Shown piece by piece: positions 11,026 to 20,929 of a DNA stretch of 64,000 bases. Origin of the DNA: Nitrosopumilus sp. (lineage in GTDB: Archaea; Thermoproteota; Nitrososphaeria; Nitrososphaerales; Nitrosopumilaceae); NCBI GenBank assembly GCA_965207445.1, contig CBDBLX010000002.1, positions 288,001-352,000 of the forward strand. Reading direction: 5' to 3'. The notes under the pieces were generated by a model, which did no database searches, was not told where the DNA came from, and saw only the letters and a program-made list of their open reading frames with translations. The position numbers and the translations under genes are program-made. Within the stretch, counting starts at the first letter, position 1; every line of letters starts with the position of its first letter.

Positions 11026-11104
11026 CATGAAGGGCGTGCGGCCAGACAACAATGACGTTGAACGAACTAATCGAGTATTCGTATCCATAAAAAATGATGA
11101 TGGA

Positions 11105-11214
11105 TACTGATATGATTAAAGATCCGATATTTTAATTGATATTCATCTTGAAATTGAGCACATATTATGAATACAAAATATTAGAAAACTATCGGATCTT
11201 TAATGAAACTATTA
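11105..11214. mobile_element. 110-bp MITE with 4-bp flanking duplication (TGGA)
   Basis: Inner inverted repeat ATTAAAGATCCGATA/TATCGGATCTTTAAT, TGGA on both sides, and a second inverted copy at 32896-33005. Confidence 0.75.
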
Positions 11215-11319
11215 TGGAGGTGATGGAAACAGAACGTCTCGTGGTATGGAGGCCAACTCAATATTGTTTACACTGCTTGTAACAGGTAAGATCAGAGGCG
11301 AGAGCTTTTTTGATATGCT

Positions 11320-11510
11320 GTGCAAGGCATGCAAACCAGGCTAAAACTACAGAATCATTAATGTCCATCTGCGTATTGTAATCAATTACATGCTATCATT
11401 GTCAATTATTTATATATGGATATATGATGCCGAGATCATTATGATCAGAAAAATGCGCATGATTTTTTACCTTATGTGTGCGCTTCAAAAAGCAAAATAG
11501 TTACAAATCA
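11320..11510. repeat. Dispersed repeat, subterminal part of an IS6-like end
   Basis: Reverse-complement similarity to 50598-50770, which directly follows an IS6-type TIR at 50573. Confidence 0.6.
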
Positions 11511-11559
11511 ACTCAATTTACTATAGAACGAAGATCCATTAAATTCTAAAACTTTTGAT

Positions 11560-12639
11560 CTACACTACATTGTCAAGAAAATTCTTAAATTCGTCAACAA
11601 TTTCTTGTGAAGTTTCATCAGTTAACTCTCGATTCAATATGAGAGTATGAGGATTCGGTTTGAGTATTTGTAATGATTGTTCTTGATCATATTCTTCATT
11701 GAGTAGATTTTGACTATAGTCAGATATTCCAGTAGGGGATAGTATAATTATTTGTTTTTTTCCAGTGACAAACTGTTCAGAAATTTTATCTGTTATTTCC
11801 TTATCTCTGAAAGAATAGCCAATAACAATCAACACATCTGCATTTTCCATATTCATTTTAAATTCTTTAAACAATGTAATATATGGTTCCTCGTTAGAGT
11901 CATCTTTTGGTGATCGTGTAGGATAGATTAGGCAGTTTTTGTTGGGAGGTGAAAGTTTTTGGGCTACAGATATTCGTTGAATTTTATCATTAGAATCTTT
12001 AAACCAATTTAATGATCCATGTAGTTTATACAAAAATATCGAACATTTGGATTCCAAATCATCATGTTTAAAAATACTAGGATCAAATACATAGTTTTGG
12101 TTATTCTCAGATCTAAAACCATCAATGAGTGTAAATTGCTCGGATTGTTGCTGTGCAAACGCTTCAATTACATAATCGTAATTGGTAGTAAAAACTGTTA
12201 TTTTATTAGAGTGGTTTCTCAAAAATTCCAAAATTGGCATTAATGTAGCATTCAAGCGTGAACTATGTGTTATTACATCCAACACATAGTTATCAAAAAC
12301 TACTCCTTGCAGATAACTGTAGATATCCGGTATCTTTTCCATGAATTGATTATACATATATTGTTGATCTGTTGGAGTGTGGATCGACATATGTCCTCGT
12401 TCCCCTAGCCATTGATAATATGTATCACCACGCGCCTGATGAAATTGTAACATGTCTTTCATTGCTTGGAGAACATATTCAATGTCTGTGAACTTTTCAC
12501 ATTGAAGTAAACTATGTAAAATAGGACGATCTGAATCAGCATTACGAAGACGCTTGAGAAGCTGTTCTGTAGTGGGAAGTTCATAAGGCACCGATGCACC
12601 CGCACCAAGGAACAGGACTATATTTTTACGGGCAGACAT
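11560..12639 (-). CDS. SIR2-like (SIR2_2) domain protein, putative defence NADase
   Basis: LFLGAGAS, FTTNYD, YKLHGSLNW and IVIGYSFRD motifs. Confidence 0.9.
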   Translation of the reverse strand: MSARKNIVLFLGAGASVPYELPTTEQLLKRLRNADSDRPILHSLLQCEKFTDIEYVLQAMKDMLQFHQARGDTYYQWLGERGHMSIHTPTDQQYMYNQFMEKIPDIYSYLQGVVFDNYVLDVITHSSRLNATLMPILEFLRNHSNKITVFTTNYDYVIEAFAQQQSEQFTLIDGFRSENNQNYVFDPSIFKHDDLESKCSIFLYKLHGSLNWFKDSNDKIQRISVAQKLSPPNKNCLIYPTRSPKDDSNEEPYITLFKEFKMNMENADVLIVIGYSFRDKEITDKISEQFVTGKKQIIILSPTGISDYSQNLLNEEYDQEQSLQILKPNPHTLILNRELTDETSQEIVDEFKNFLDNVV

Positions 12640-12695
12640 AGGGTTCACCTCTTGTTATGTGCTAGAATCCTATAAACTTATGGCAAACATGAGGG

Positions 12696-12776
12696 GTAAC
12701 CGTTCAACCCCCATACCTGCGCTAGGCGTTAGGCAGTAAATTTGTACCTAAATTTGGGAAGGGGTTGAACGGTTAC
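12696..12776. mobile_element. 81-bp IS66-type MITE
   Basis: GTAACCGTTCAACCCC...GGGGTTGAACGGTTAC; ends match the TIRs of the IS66 at 45082-47208. Confidence 0.85.
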
Positions 12777-12894
12777 TACATATGTGATTTTATATATGTG
12801 ATTTTATAATAAAATTATACTCTAAAAATAATAATAATTATTATATATATTTAAAACCAAATAACATTACAGTCATATATGTGTACATATACAA

Positions 12895-13551
12895 TTAAAA
12901 TATGTAATGTGAGTTTGCACCATCAAAATTAATGACTACACCTGACAAGTACTTTATTTTACGACTCACTATACCTGCCACAAACTCACCTATCTCCTCT
13001 GGCTCACCTAATCTTTTCATTGGTAAATTTGACTTGAATTTTTCAATGTCTCCTACTAGTTGTTTTGTTCTATCAGTGTTAATTGGACCCGGAGCTATTG
13101 TGATACATGATACGTTGCGTCTTGCATATTCGGTACTAGTACTCTGTACCTTGAGCACTTGGGCAAATGCTGCTCTATATGCTGCTGAGATGACTAGTTT
13201 GGGGTTGGGCTCTTTGATTACATTTGAGCTGATTAAAAAAATATAACCATTATCATTTATGGTTATGTTTTGTAGTATGGTGCAAAAGCTCAAAAATAAC
13301 TGGTTGTGATATTTTAACCAGTCATCTTTGGTTATTTGGGCAAACTCTTTTGGCGGTGGGCCCCCGGTATTGAGTACTAGTATGTCAGTACTCTTGTGTA
13401 ATGTGATAAATTTCTCTACACTATTTGTGTCTGATGTATCTACATCTTTGCTTGATAGTGCATGAACACAGATATTCTCATCATTGTTTAGTGAGTCTGC
13501 GATCGCTTTACCGATTCCCCGTGAGCCTCCCATTACTAGTGCCTTTAACAT
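12895..13551 (-). CDS. Short-chain dehydrogenase/reductase
   Basis: GGSRGIG, NTGGPP, IAPGPINTDR and PMKRLGEPEE motifs. Confidence 0.9.
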   Translation of the reverse strand: MLKALVMGGSRGIGKAIADSLNNDENICVHALSSKDVDTSDTNSVEKFITLHKSTDILVLNTGGPPPKEFAQITKDDWLKYHNQLFLSFCTILQNITINDNGYIFLISSNVIKEPNPKLVISAAYRAAFAQVLKVQSTSTEYARRNVSCITIAPGPINTDRTKQLVGDIEKFKSNLPMKRLGEPEEIGEFVAGIVSRKIKYLSGVVINFDGANSHYIF

Positions 13552-13808
13552 TACTCACACAACTCTTTTGTGTTTGTGACAGTGCCTAGTATAGAGTCCA
13601 TCTGAATGACCACTACTATTTTTTTTGACTCTTTTTGCCACTCTAATGCCACATACCAGTCACCTGCATCTGTGTCATATTTGGTCTCTAGTGTGTTGAT
13701 GTTAGTTGTACTATCAAGATCATATACTTTGAGCACATGTGACGTTGCCAGAGCTATTGCTTGTACTTTGGTCTCTAATCTGCGTTTGATCAGTCCGATT
13801 CCTGGCAT
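13551..13808 (-). CDS. Small hypothetical protein, translationally coupled to the SDR gene
   Basis: ORF whose stop overlaps the SDR start codon (TAATG). Confidence 0.75.
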   Translation of the reverse strand: MPGIGLIKRRLETKVQAIALATSHVLKVYDLDSTTNINTLETKYDTDAGDWYVALEWQKESKKIVVVIQMDSILGTVTNTKELCE

Positions 13809-13960
13809 ACTGTTATTGTATTTTGAGTCTCTATATTATTTTGTTGTTGTTAATGAGAGATGCCTGACTAGATTACACAAGATATTCTCAAAATTTATTA
13901 ATATATAATTATATAACACTCAACCTTGCAAGAAAACATTCTACATATTTTTATAGACGT

Positions 13961-15253
13961 ATGTACACTCATTTTGTAATGGTATCAAAGCGCTTTTCAA
14001 GCACAAAGTGTCCATTGTGTCACAAACCTCTCTCATCTACAGAGTATGACCAGGCACGCTTAGAACTAGAAAAAAAGATTAAACAAGAATATGAAAATGA
14101 CATCAAGGAAAAAACTACTGCATTAAACAACGAGATCAAAAACCTTGAGGAAAAATACAAAAAAGAAGAAAAAACACGTGAGACACTGCACAAAGCAGAG
14201 ATTGAAACACTTCAAAAGAGTTTGGAAAATGGATATCAAAATCAAGCTGATATACTCAAGCAAAACTATGATAAAATGATCAAAGATAACGAAAAACGTT
14301 TTACAGGTATTGAAAAAAGACTAAAACAAGAATATGGGAAAACAATACAAGATAAAAACAAAGAACTAAAATCATTAGCAAAGGAATTAAAATCTACTCA
14401 TAAAAGTGAGATTGCAGAAAAGACAAAACAGATACAACAATTAAAGAAAGAACAAGATCAAATTAAAAGAGATGTGCAAACCCGCATAAAAGAAGAATAT
14501 GATTTCAAAGAGAGAAGATTAAGAGCAGAACTAGCAGAAAAGGATATCCAGATTGGTCGTGTCAACAAAGAACTAGAAGATCTCCGTATTACTAAAACAC
14601 AGTCTGAATTAAAAGGTGAAGCAGGCGAATTAGATCTATACGCCAAACTTACACATGCGTTTGCTGGCGATTTTTTTAGGAAACAGAAAAGAGGGACTGT
14701 GAGTGGAGATCTAATTCAGCAAATACGAACATCAACGGGTTCATTAGACACTCCCATAGTATATGACAATAAATCTGCGATAACTGTAACCAAAAAAGAC
14801 ATCGTAAAGGCAAAGAAATACAAAAAGGTTCATGCCACCAACTATGTAATTATTGTCTCAAGTAAACTTCCCAAAACTTCAGTACCTAATGGTATGTATG
14901 GTGAGCAAGATGGTATATTACTTGTACACCACAAGATCATAATTGAAGTAGTAAAACAGATACGCAATGGCATTATTGAAATATCAAAACTCTCAAACAG
15001 TAAAAAAGATCAGGAAGCAAAGCAGTATAAATTATATGAATATATTATTAGCAATGAATTTTCTACCATCTTGGAGTCTTTTTACAAGACAAATGAAGAC
15101 ATGTTTAATCTACAAGCCAAAGAAGAAAAGGATCACGAAACACTGTGGAAAACTAGAAAGGCACTACAAGAACAGTTGCAAAAAACTACCAATGCACTAT
15201 CTAGTGGGATAGATAGTATCACACAAAAAGAGGCAATTCTAGAAAAACAATAA
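13961..15253 (+). CDS. DUF2130-family coiled-coil protein
   Basis: N-terminal CPLCH, long coiled coil, then TQSELKGEAGELDL...GDLIQQIR...IVYDNK nuclease-like C-terminus. Confidence 0.8.
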   Translation: MYTHFVMVSKRFSSTKCPLCHKPLSSTEYDQARLELEKKIKQEYENDIKEKTTALNNEIKNLEEKYKKEEKTRETLHKAEIETLQKSLENGYQNQADILKQNYDKMIKDNEKRFTGIEKRLKQEYGKTIQDKNKELKSLAKELKSTHKSEIAEKTKQIQQLKKEQDQIKRDVQTRIKEEYDFKERRLRAELAEKDIQIGRVNKELEDLRITKTQSELKGEAGELDLYAKLTHAFAGDFFRKQKRGTVSGDLIQQIRTSTGSLDTPIVYDNKSAITVTKKDIVKAKKYKKVHATNYVIIVSSKLPKTSVPNGMYGEQDGILLVHHKIIIEVVKQIRNGIIEISKLSNSKKDQEAKQYKLYEYIISNEFSTILESFYKTNEDMFNLQAKEEKDHETLWKTRKALQEQLQKTTNALSSGIDSITQKEAILEKQ

Positions 15254-15628
15254 TAAAATCACCAATATGATGTGTCATTATGGTTCTATTTGTTTATGTC
15301 ATGTTTGTATGATGATTCAAATAATAAATTCTATCATAATTTACAACTGTCAATGAGTGGCAATTTAACCCTGTATTTCTCTCCCACCTAACAGTACACA
15401 CTAATTCTAGACTAGCAAGGCATTACATAGTTCTGTATAACCGCAATGTCTCAAAATATGGCACACCTCGGTGAATTACTTTCAGACTATTTAGTGGTGT
15501 ATTGGACTTGGTATAAATTAATGTATATAGTTTAGAATAATTTTCATTATGAATATTATCATATACATGTATATATATTTATATATATTACACATTTTAA
15601 AACACAAATTTTATTTTAAAATATAAAA

Positions 15629-15702
15629 GGGCTCGGAGGGCTTCGATCCCTCGACCTGGCGGTCCGAAGCCGCCTGCACTATCCAGACTGTGCAACGAGT
15701 CC
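15629..15702 (-). tRNA. tRNA-Arg(TCG)
   Basis: The minus strand folds as GGACTCG-TT-GCAC/GTGC D arm-GGCGG CTTCGGA CCGCC anticodon arm-GAGGG ATCGAAG CCCTC T arm-CGAGCCC. Confidence 0.92.
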
Positions 15703-15745
15703 AAAAAGATAAGATTTTTACATCTCTAAATATCTGTCTAATTTC

Positions 15746-16945
15746 TTGAAGGTCTCAAAAAGAGTAGCAGGAGTCGAGTATGCTATACGTGATATTGTAC
15801 TAGCTGCCCGTGATGTACAAAATCGTGGCATTAAAATCGACTATTTGAATATCGGTGATCCCGTTCAGTTTGGCTTTCAGCCACCTGATAACGTCAAACA
15901 GGCACTAGTTGATGCCATATATGATGGTGAGAACTATTACTCGCCATCAGAAGGTATCATACAATTACGAGAGGCAATTGCACTAAAAGAAGCTGCAAAG
16001 GGACTCTCAACGTCTGCTGATGATATAGTCGTGACAAATGGCGTATCAGAAGCACTAGATATGGTAATATCCTCTATTGTAGAGGAGGGTGATGAAGTTT
16101 TACTACCCGGACCCTACTATCCACCATACGCCTCTTATGTCAGGCTTCGAGGTGGCATTCCGATAGAATTTGCAGTAAACATGGAAGACTCTACTGTTAA
16201 TATTGAGGATTTGATCTCCAAAATAACCCCCAAAACGGTAGCCATATGTTTGATCAACCCAAATAATCCTAGTGGTGTTGTGTTTAACCGCAATACATTA
16301 TCTGAGATTGCCGAGATTGCGCAACAATACAACATTTATCTGATATGCGATGAGATCTATGATCATATTACATATGATGAGCCATTTGTTGGAATCGGCA
16401 AGGTGGCAGGAACGGCTCCCGTCATATTACTCAATGGCTTTTCAAAGGTGCATTTGATGACAGGCTGGAGGATTGGTTATTTGGCATTTAATTCTGCATC
16501 TGCCAAATTAGATGCCATACGTGAAACATTGCCAAAACTAGCACGTGTGAGAATTGCAACTAATCTATCGTTTCAGTATGCTGCACTAGAGTCTCTCCGA
16601 GGGCCACAAGATTACATTGCCAAATTTGTCTCTGTTATCAAAAAGCGACGTGACTATATGGTATCTAGGCTAAATGATATGTCTGGAATATCATGTGCAA
16701 TGCCAAAAGGAGCATTTTACGCTTTTCCAAAGATTGAAAATTGTAATCAAAGGTTTGGTAGTGACAAGAACTTTGCAATGTCTCTACTACAACAAAAAGG
16801 TGTGCTTACAGTACATGGCTCTGGGTTTGGTACCACATATGGCTCTGGGCACATCAGACTCGTGTATTTGCCTAGTATGGATGTGCTGCAATCTGCAATG
16901 GATAAACTAGAGTCATTTCTCTTTTTATCTAATAACTCCAACTAG
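15746..16945 (+). CDS. PLP-dependent aminotransferase class I/II (alanine aminotransferase-like)
   Basis: LNIGDP, INPNNPSG, DEIYD, NGFSKVHLMTGWRIGY and PKGAFYAFP motifs. Confidence 0.93.
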   Translation: MKVSKRVAGVEYAIRDIVLAARDVQNRGIKIDYLNIGDPVQFGFQPPDNVKQALVDAIYDGENYYSPSEGIIQLREAIALKEAAKGLSTSADDIVVTNGVSEALDMVISSIVEEGDEVLLPGPYYPPYASYVRLRGGIPIEFAVNMEDSTVNIEDLISKITPKTVAICLINPNNPSGVVFNRNTLSEIAEIAQQYNIYLICDEIYDHITYDEPFVGIGKVAGTAPVILLNGFSKVHLMTGWRIGYLAFNSASAKLDAIRETLPKLARVRIATNLSFQYAALESLRGPQDYIAKFVSVIKKRRDYMVSRLNDMSGISCAMPKGAFYAFPKIENCNQRFGSDKNFAMSLLQQKGVLTVHGSGFGTTYGSGHIRLVYLPSMDVLQSAMDKLESFLFLSNNSN

Positions 16946-17336
16946 ACATCTTTTCAGGTGTAATTATAATTATACAGTCAGTTTTTGCAAGTATATCTTG
17001 TATGACATACTCTGATATGTCATATTTGTTTAGTATATCTTTTGCGTGTGTGATGACCATATTCGTGTTTGTTATCAGTTTGGCTGATCCATATCCTGCG
17101 ACTCCAAATATTGGTGCATGTACACCTTTGTCTATACAAAACCCCACATGAGTAGTCTTTGCAATATTTTTTGCCTTTGTGGTTTTGGTGTGTGTACCTA
17201 TGTAAAATTTATCATTTTTGTACATGTACCATACTGGAACCACGTGTGGTATGATACTTTTTGATGAAACGGTGGCAAGGTGCATTATTTTTTGTGATCT
17301 TAAAAATGCATCAACTTTATGTTTTTGTATACTCAA
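16929..17336 (-). CDS. Pyridoxamine 5'-phosphate oxidase-like (PPOX) protein
   Basis: HLATVS...PHVVPVWY...TTKAKNI...VGFCID. Confidence 0.85.
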   Translation of the reverse strand: MSIQKHKVDAFLRSQKIMHLATVSSKSIIPHVVPVWYMYKNDKFYIGTHTKTTKAKNIAKTTHVGFCIDKGVHAPIFGVAGYGSAKLITNTNMVITHAKDILNKYDISEYVIQDILAKTDCIIIITPEKMSSWSY

Positions 17337-17587
17337 GTACCCGGACCTCTTGTAGGTGCGTTCTTTCTAAACCCCATTGCTATCATAAATGCTCCAAAAC
17401 CTAACATAAACAAAGATACTTTTTCATTTGTAATGTGCGAATTTACTACAAAATCTGTTACAAATTCTGGGCCCCATATCAATAATTGTTGTACTAGTAC
17501 TATACATGCCATAACTACAAACAGCACACCTATTGCAGTATACCAGTTTCTACCCCTTTTGCGATAATATTCTATACCATCACTCAT
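17333..17587 (-). CDS. Small two-TM membrane protein
   Basis: Two hydrophobic segments; overlaps both neighbours, as in an operon. Confidence 0.75.
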   Translation of the reverse strand: MSDGIEYYRKRGRNWYTAIGVLFVVMACIVLVQQLLIWGPEFVTDFVVNSHITNEKVSLFMLGFGAFMIAMGFRKNAPTRGPGT

Positions 17588-18279
17588 TATACTAGCTTTA
17601 TGCCAGGGTTTTTCATATTTTTGTTTCTTATCATGGCATTGAGCAATAAAGGTGTTGCAATCTCTGCCATGTATGCTAGTTTGCCTGGTCCTAGTATTAT
17701 GGGACGCAGTCCGTTGATCTCTGAGATAAAATCACAAATGGCATTTATCGCTTTAGTATCGTCTCCGCACACAAAGATATCATAGTCAAGTGTAATGTTT
17801 GGATTTGCCAACTTTTTTTCTGATATTACATGAAATGCTGATACTAGTTTTGCATCATTTTTGATATGTTGCGCTACTGTATCGTGTGATGTTTTTTTGT
17901 CATTGTATTTGATGGGTATAAACTCAAATCCCGTGTCAGTTTTTTCCATAGGGACTATTGGGGATACTATAATACATGTATCTTTTGTGTGTGGTAGTAT
18001 GTGTGGGCATATTGTGTTTATATTTTGATATGGTATTGAGAGTATCAAAATATCACTATTCTTGGCAACTGTAATGTTATCGTTTCCTGTAATGTTGACT
18101 GGTTTTTGGTATATTTGCTCTGCCTCTTTTTTGTATGTTGCAGCAGCATCTGTTGCTCTTGTTTTGTCCCTAGAGCCTATTATTATGTGGTGATTTGTGT
18201 TTGACCATCTGATGGCAAAACCTTTGCCCATGCCGCCTGTACCACCTATGATACCTACTGTTGTGTTTGGTGTTGTCAT
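17587..18279 (-). CDS. npdG: NADPH-dependent F420 reductase
   Basis: GIIGGTGGMGKG, IIGSRD, LVSAFHVIS and DIFVCGDD motifs. Confidence 0.88.
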   Translation of the reverse strand: MTTPNTTVGIIGGTGGMGKGFAIRWSNTNHHIIIGSRDKTRATDAAATYKKEAEQIYQKPVNITGNDNITVAKNSDILILSIPYQNINTICPHILPHTKDTCIIVSPIVPMEKTDTGFEFIPIKYNDKKTSHDTVAQHIKNDAKLVSAFHVISEKKLANPNITLDYDIFVCGDDTKAINAICDFISEINGLRPIILGPGKLAYMAEIATPLLLNAMIRNKNMKNPGIKLV

Positions 18280-18327
18280 ATGATGAAACCATAGAACTTA
18301 TTATTATCTCTATTTAAAGGTCTGCGA

Positions 18328-18969
18328 TTGATGCGAATTATAATGGTCAGACACGGGGAGGCTCAAAATAATGTAGATCGTGTGCTTGCAGGCAGACAGG
18401 ACGGTGTTATGCTGACTCCACTAGGTGTGAAACAGGCACAATATGCTGCACAAATGCTAGGGACGATATGTAATGAGATATCTGCCATTTATTCTAGTCC
18501 CGTCACTAGGGCTTTTGATACTGCATGTATGATATCGCAGCAATGCTGTAATACTGATGTTGTAGTTGATGAGCGGTTAACTGAGATTGATATGGGAAAG
18601 TTTACTGGTATGAGTTATGCTGATGTTGCATTATCGCATGGTGACTTGTCTACAAAATTTTACCAAAGGGATATTGAGATTGCTCATATGGGAGTTGAGA
18701 CATTTGAACAGGTTCGCAAGCGTGTTTTGGATATTGTGTGTGGTGGTGTGATGCATGCTGATGATACGGGTGTAGTTATAATGGTCACACATATGGACCC
18801 AATAAAGATAGTGTTAGGTGAGGCCACCAAAATGCCTATTGAGCAGTTGTTGCGCACTAGTATTAAAAATGCATCATTGAATGTGTTTGATATGGAGGGC
18901 ACCGAGCAACAGCAGTTGTCATTATTGGCACTAAATGTAATGGAGGCGTCTCGATTTATCTTGTCATGA
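18328..18969 (+). CDS. Histidine phosphatase / phosphoglycerate mutase family protein
   Basis: RHGE motif, YSSPVTRA, LTEIDMG, VTHMDPI, NASLNVF. Confidence 0.9.
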   Translation: MMRIIMVRHGEAQNNVDRVLAGRQDGVMLTPLGVKQAQYAAQMLGTICNEISAIYSSPVTRAFDTACMISQQCCNTDVVVDERLTEIDMGKFTGMSYADVALSHGDLSTKFYQRDIEIAHMGVETFEQVRKRVLDIVCGGVMHADDTGVVIMVTHMDPIKIVLGEATKMPIEQLLRTSIKNASLNVFDMEGTEQQQLSLLALNVMEASRFILS

Positions 18970-19002
18970 TTTAATCATATTTATTATATCTCAAAAATTT
19001 TA

Positions 19003-19140
19003 ACACAGATCAGTTTCGAATCAGTTGCAAACAAATATGATCATTTTTGATATATGTCTGACATGGCCACAAAAAGTGCGGCGTGTAATTGCCCCTAGGG
19101 GTAAAAGTCAAAAATATGTTTATTTCCAGTATGCAAAAAT
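19003..19140. repeat. Diverged ~140-bp direct repeat, copy 1 (copy 2 at 23851-23997)
   Basis: Shared CACAGATCA...TGATCATTTTTGATAT...TGCGGCG...CTAGGGG.AAAGTCAAAAATAT...CAGTATGCAAAAAT. Confidence 0.75.
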
Positions 19141-19167
19141 TAAACAACTAAAAAAAATATACAGGTT

Positions 19168-19665
19168 GCTAGTTTTCAATGTGTCCAATGATCTTTTTTT
19201 AATTATACAGTCCGGCCGATTTACCATCAAATATAATGTTCCAATTTTTAACAGTACTGATCAATCCGGCAATTGAATCCATGAATAATCCATTGTGAAT
19301 AATTCTGCATCTGCAAGTATGTCGTAATTTTCGTATCTTGCCATTGTAATAAGCCATATAACAACATTTTAAAAAATATTAACGGTAATAGAACCTACAA
19401 GGCGCTAGGTCTTTGGAGTCGTGTTTTTTATCACTATATCCTGTCTCTATTATCTAGTGCTTGCATGGGTCTTTGGGATGGTTTTGATGAGTTTGTTTTT
19501 GCTAGTGATTTTCATATTTGTGGCAAATGTTACATACTGTTCTAGTATATAATCAGCTTCTTTGACACTGTTTTTTTCTTGATGAAAAGTAATCTAAACT
19601 TGCTACTTTTTTGGTTTGTCACACATCTTGATGACGGATGCCGTTTTTCTCTGTTTGTTGGTAAC
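19168..19665 (-). mobile_element. Truncated ISH3-like remnant
   Basis: Colinear with 9662-10185 (TCAATCCGGCAATTGAATCCAT..., GGGATGGTTTTGATGAGTTTG). Confidence 0.75.
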
Positions 19666-19734
19666 TATTTTGCTTTTTGAAGTGGACACTTAAATTTTTA
19701 TGATTATATACTATGATAATTTTGGTTTAAAAAT

Positions 19735-20212
19735 TTGATCAAAGACTATAATATTACAAACCAAATTTCCTATACAGTCAAAGATGAAAAACTAACAAAC
19801 AAGAAATCATGGCAAAACACACGGAATAATTCTTTTTATTATACTGACACGGAATATACATCCACGTTGCTTGTCAGATCAAACCAAGATAACCTCATCA
19901 TCTCTTATTCATTTAAACCAAAACCGTCCATAATTGCGCTCCCCACAACCTCGATGGTTTTGCTTGTGTCATTTTCGTTATTTTTGATTGCAGTGCAATA
20001 TTCTGTAGCGTATGAGGAATATTGGATAACGCAGTCACTAGCCGAGGATTTGCTAGACCGCAAGACTGAATTATCACTGTTCATCGTTTCTTTGAGCTTT
20101 GATAATTCCCAGATTTATTGTCAACGTAGAGATTAGGCATTCATATTTCTGGCTGTGGTTCGTACCCATAGTGCTGGCCATCACGTTTTTTCTCAGAGTA
20201 GACTTTAATTGA
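19735..20212 (+). pseudogene. 5'-truncated, frameshifted membrane protein remnant
   Basis: Hydrophobic ORF that continues in another frame after ~20095 (LIIPRFIVNVEIRHSYFWLWFVPIVLAITFFL*). Confidence 0.5.
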
Positions 20213-20609
20213 ATGAACGCTTATGACCTATTGGAGGTAGGCAATAATGGACAATAAGCAAAAAGAAAGGATAAAGGCGCTCTATGGGTGTGAGGAGAAA
20301 ATCACATCCTATATAATCAACTCTGGCATAAAAATCGGAAGCACCTCTAAAGCCAAGTTGGATCAGGGCCTTGCCAACGAACTAGAAGACAAGGATTAAG
20401 ATTTCAGTTTTTTGAATTAATTTTCAGATATTAGGACGGCAATCATTGAAAATTTTGTGTGAACCAACCTATTTTGGCATAATAACAAGATCATATATTT
20501 TTAAGATGTGTCATCAGACGGTGGGCCAATGATTTTATACAATTCATTCCAGACATTTTTTAGTCCGCGCAGATTTTACGTTTCAACACAACTAAATATC
20601 GCACAGAGA

Positions 20610-20770
20610 TTTTCTGTCCCCTTGTCACTCTTTAGCTGTAGACGACTGCCTTTGACCTAATAGGTTTCATTGACTGTTCTCCAAGATTTGTGGTATAATT
20701 GGATACAAAACAAATGTAAAAAGTTCGGGCGCTGTGTTTTCTAGTGTGGTGCCATTTTTTTCATTATTTC
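20610..20770 (-). pseudogene. Highly decayed IS66 transposase C-terminal fragment
   Basis: The minus strand reads TTLENTAPEL.TFVLYP, resembling AAPDLFTFVKYP of the intact IS66. Confidence 0.45.
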
Positions 20771-20929
20771 ATATCTGCTTTTTTTGTATCTAGATATTAT
20801 ACCACACAACCATTTTTGAAGTTTTGTAATATATGAACGCCTACTCTTTAAAGAGTGGTTGCCACGAGTCCATTTGCGCAGACTCGTTGGAAAACGGTGT
20901 GTCCTACTTGATCAGCGTGCTTGGCAGTA

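Noticed and set aside
15629..15702. tRNA-anchored provirus or integrative element
   Set aside because: No att duplication, integrase or viral structural genes were seen.
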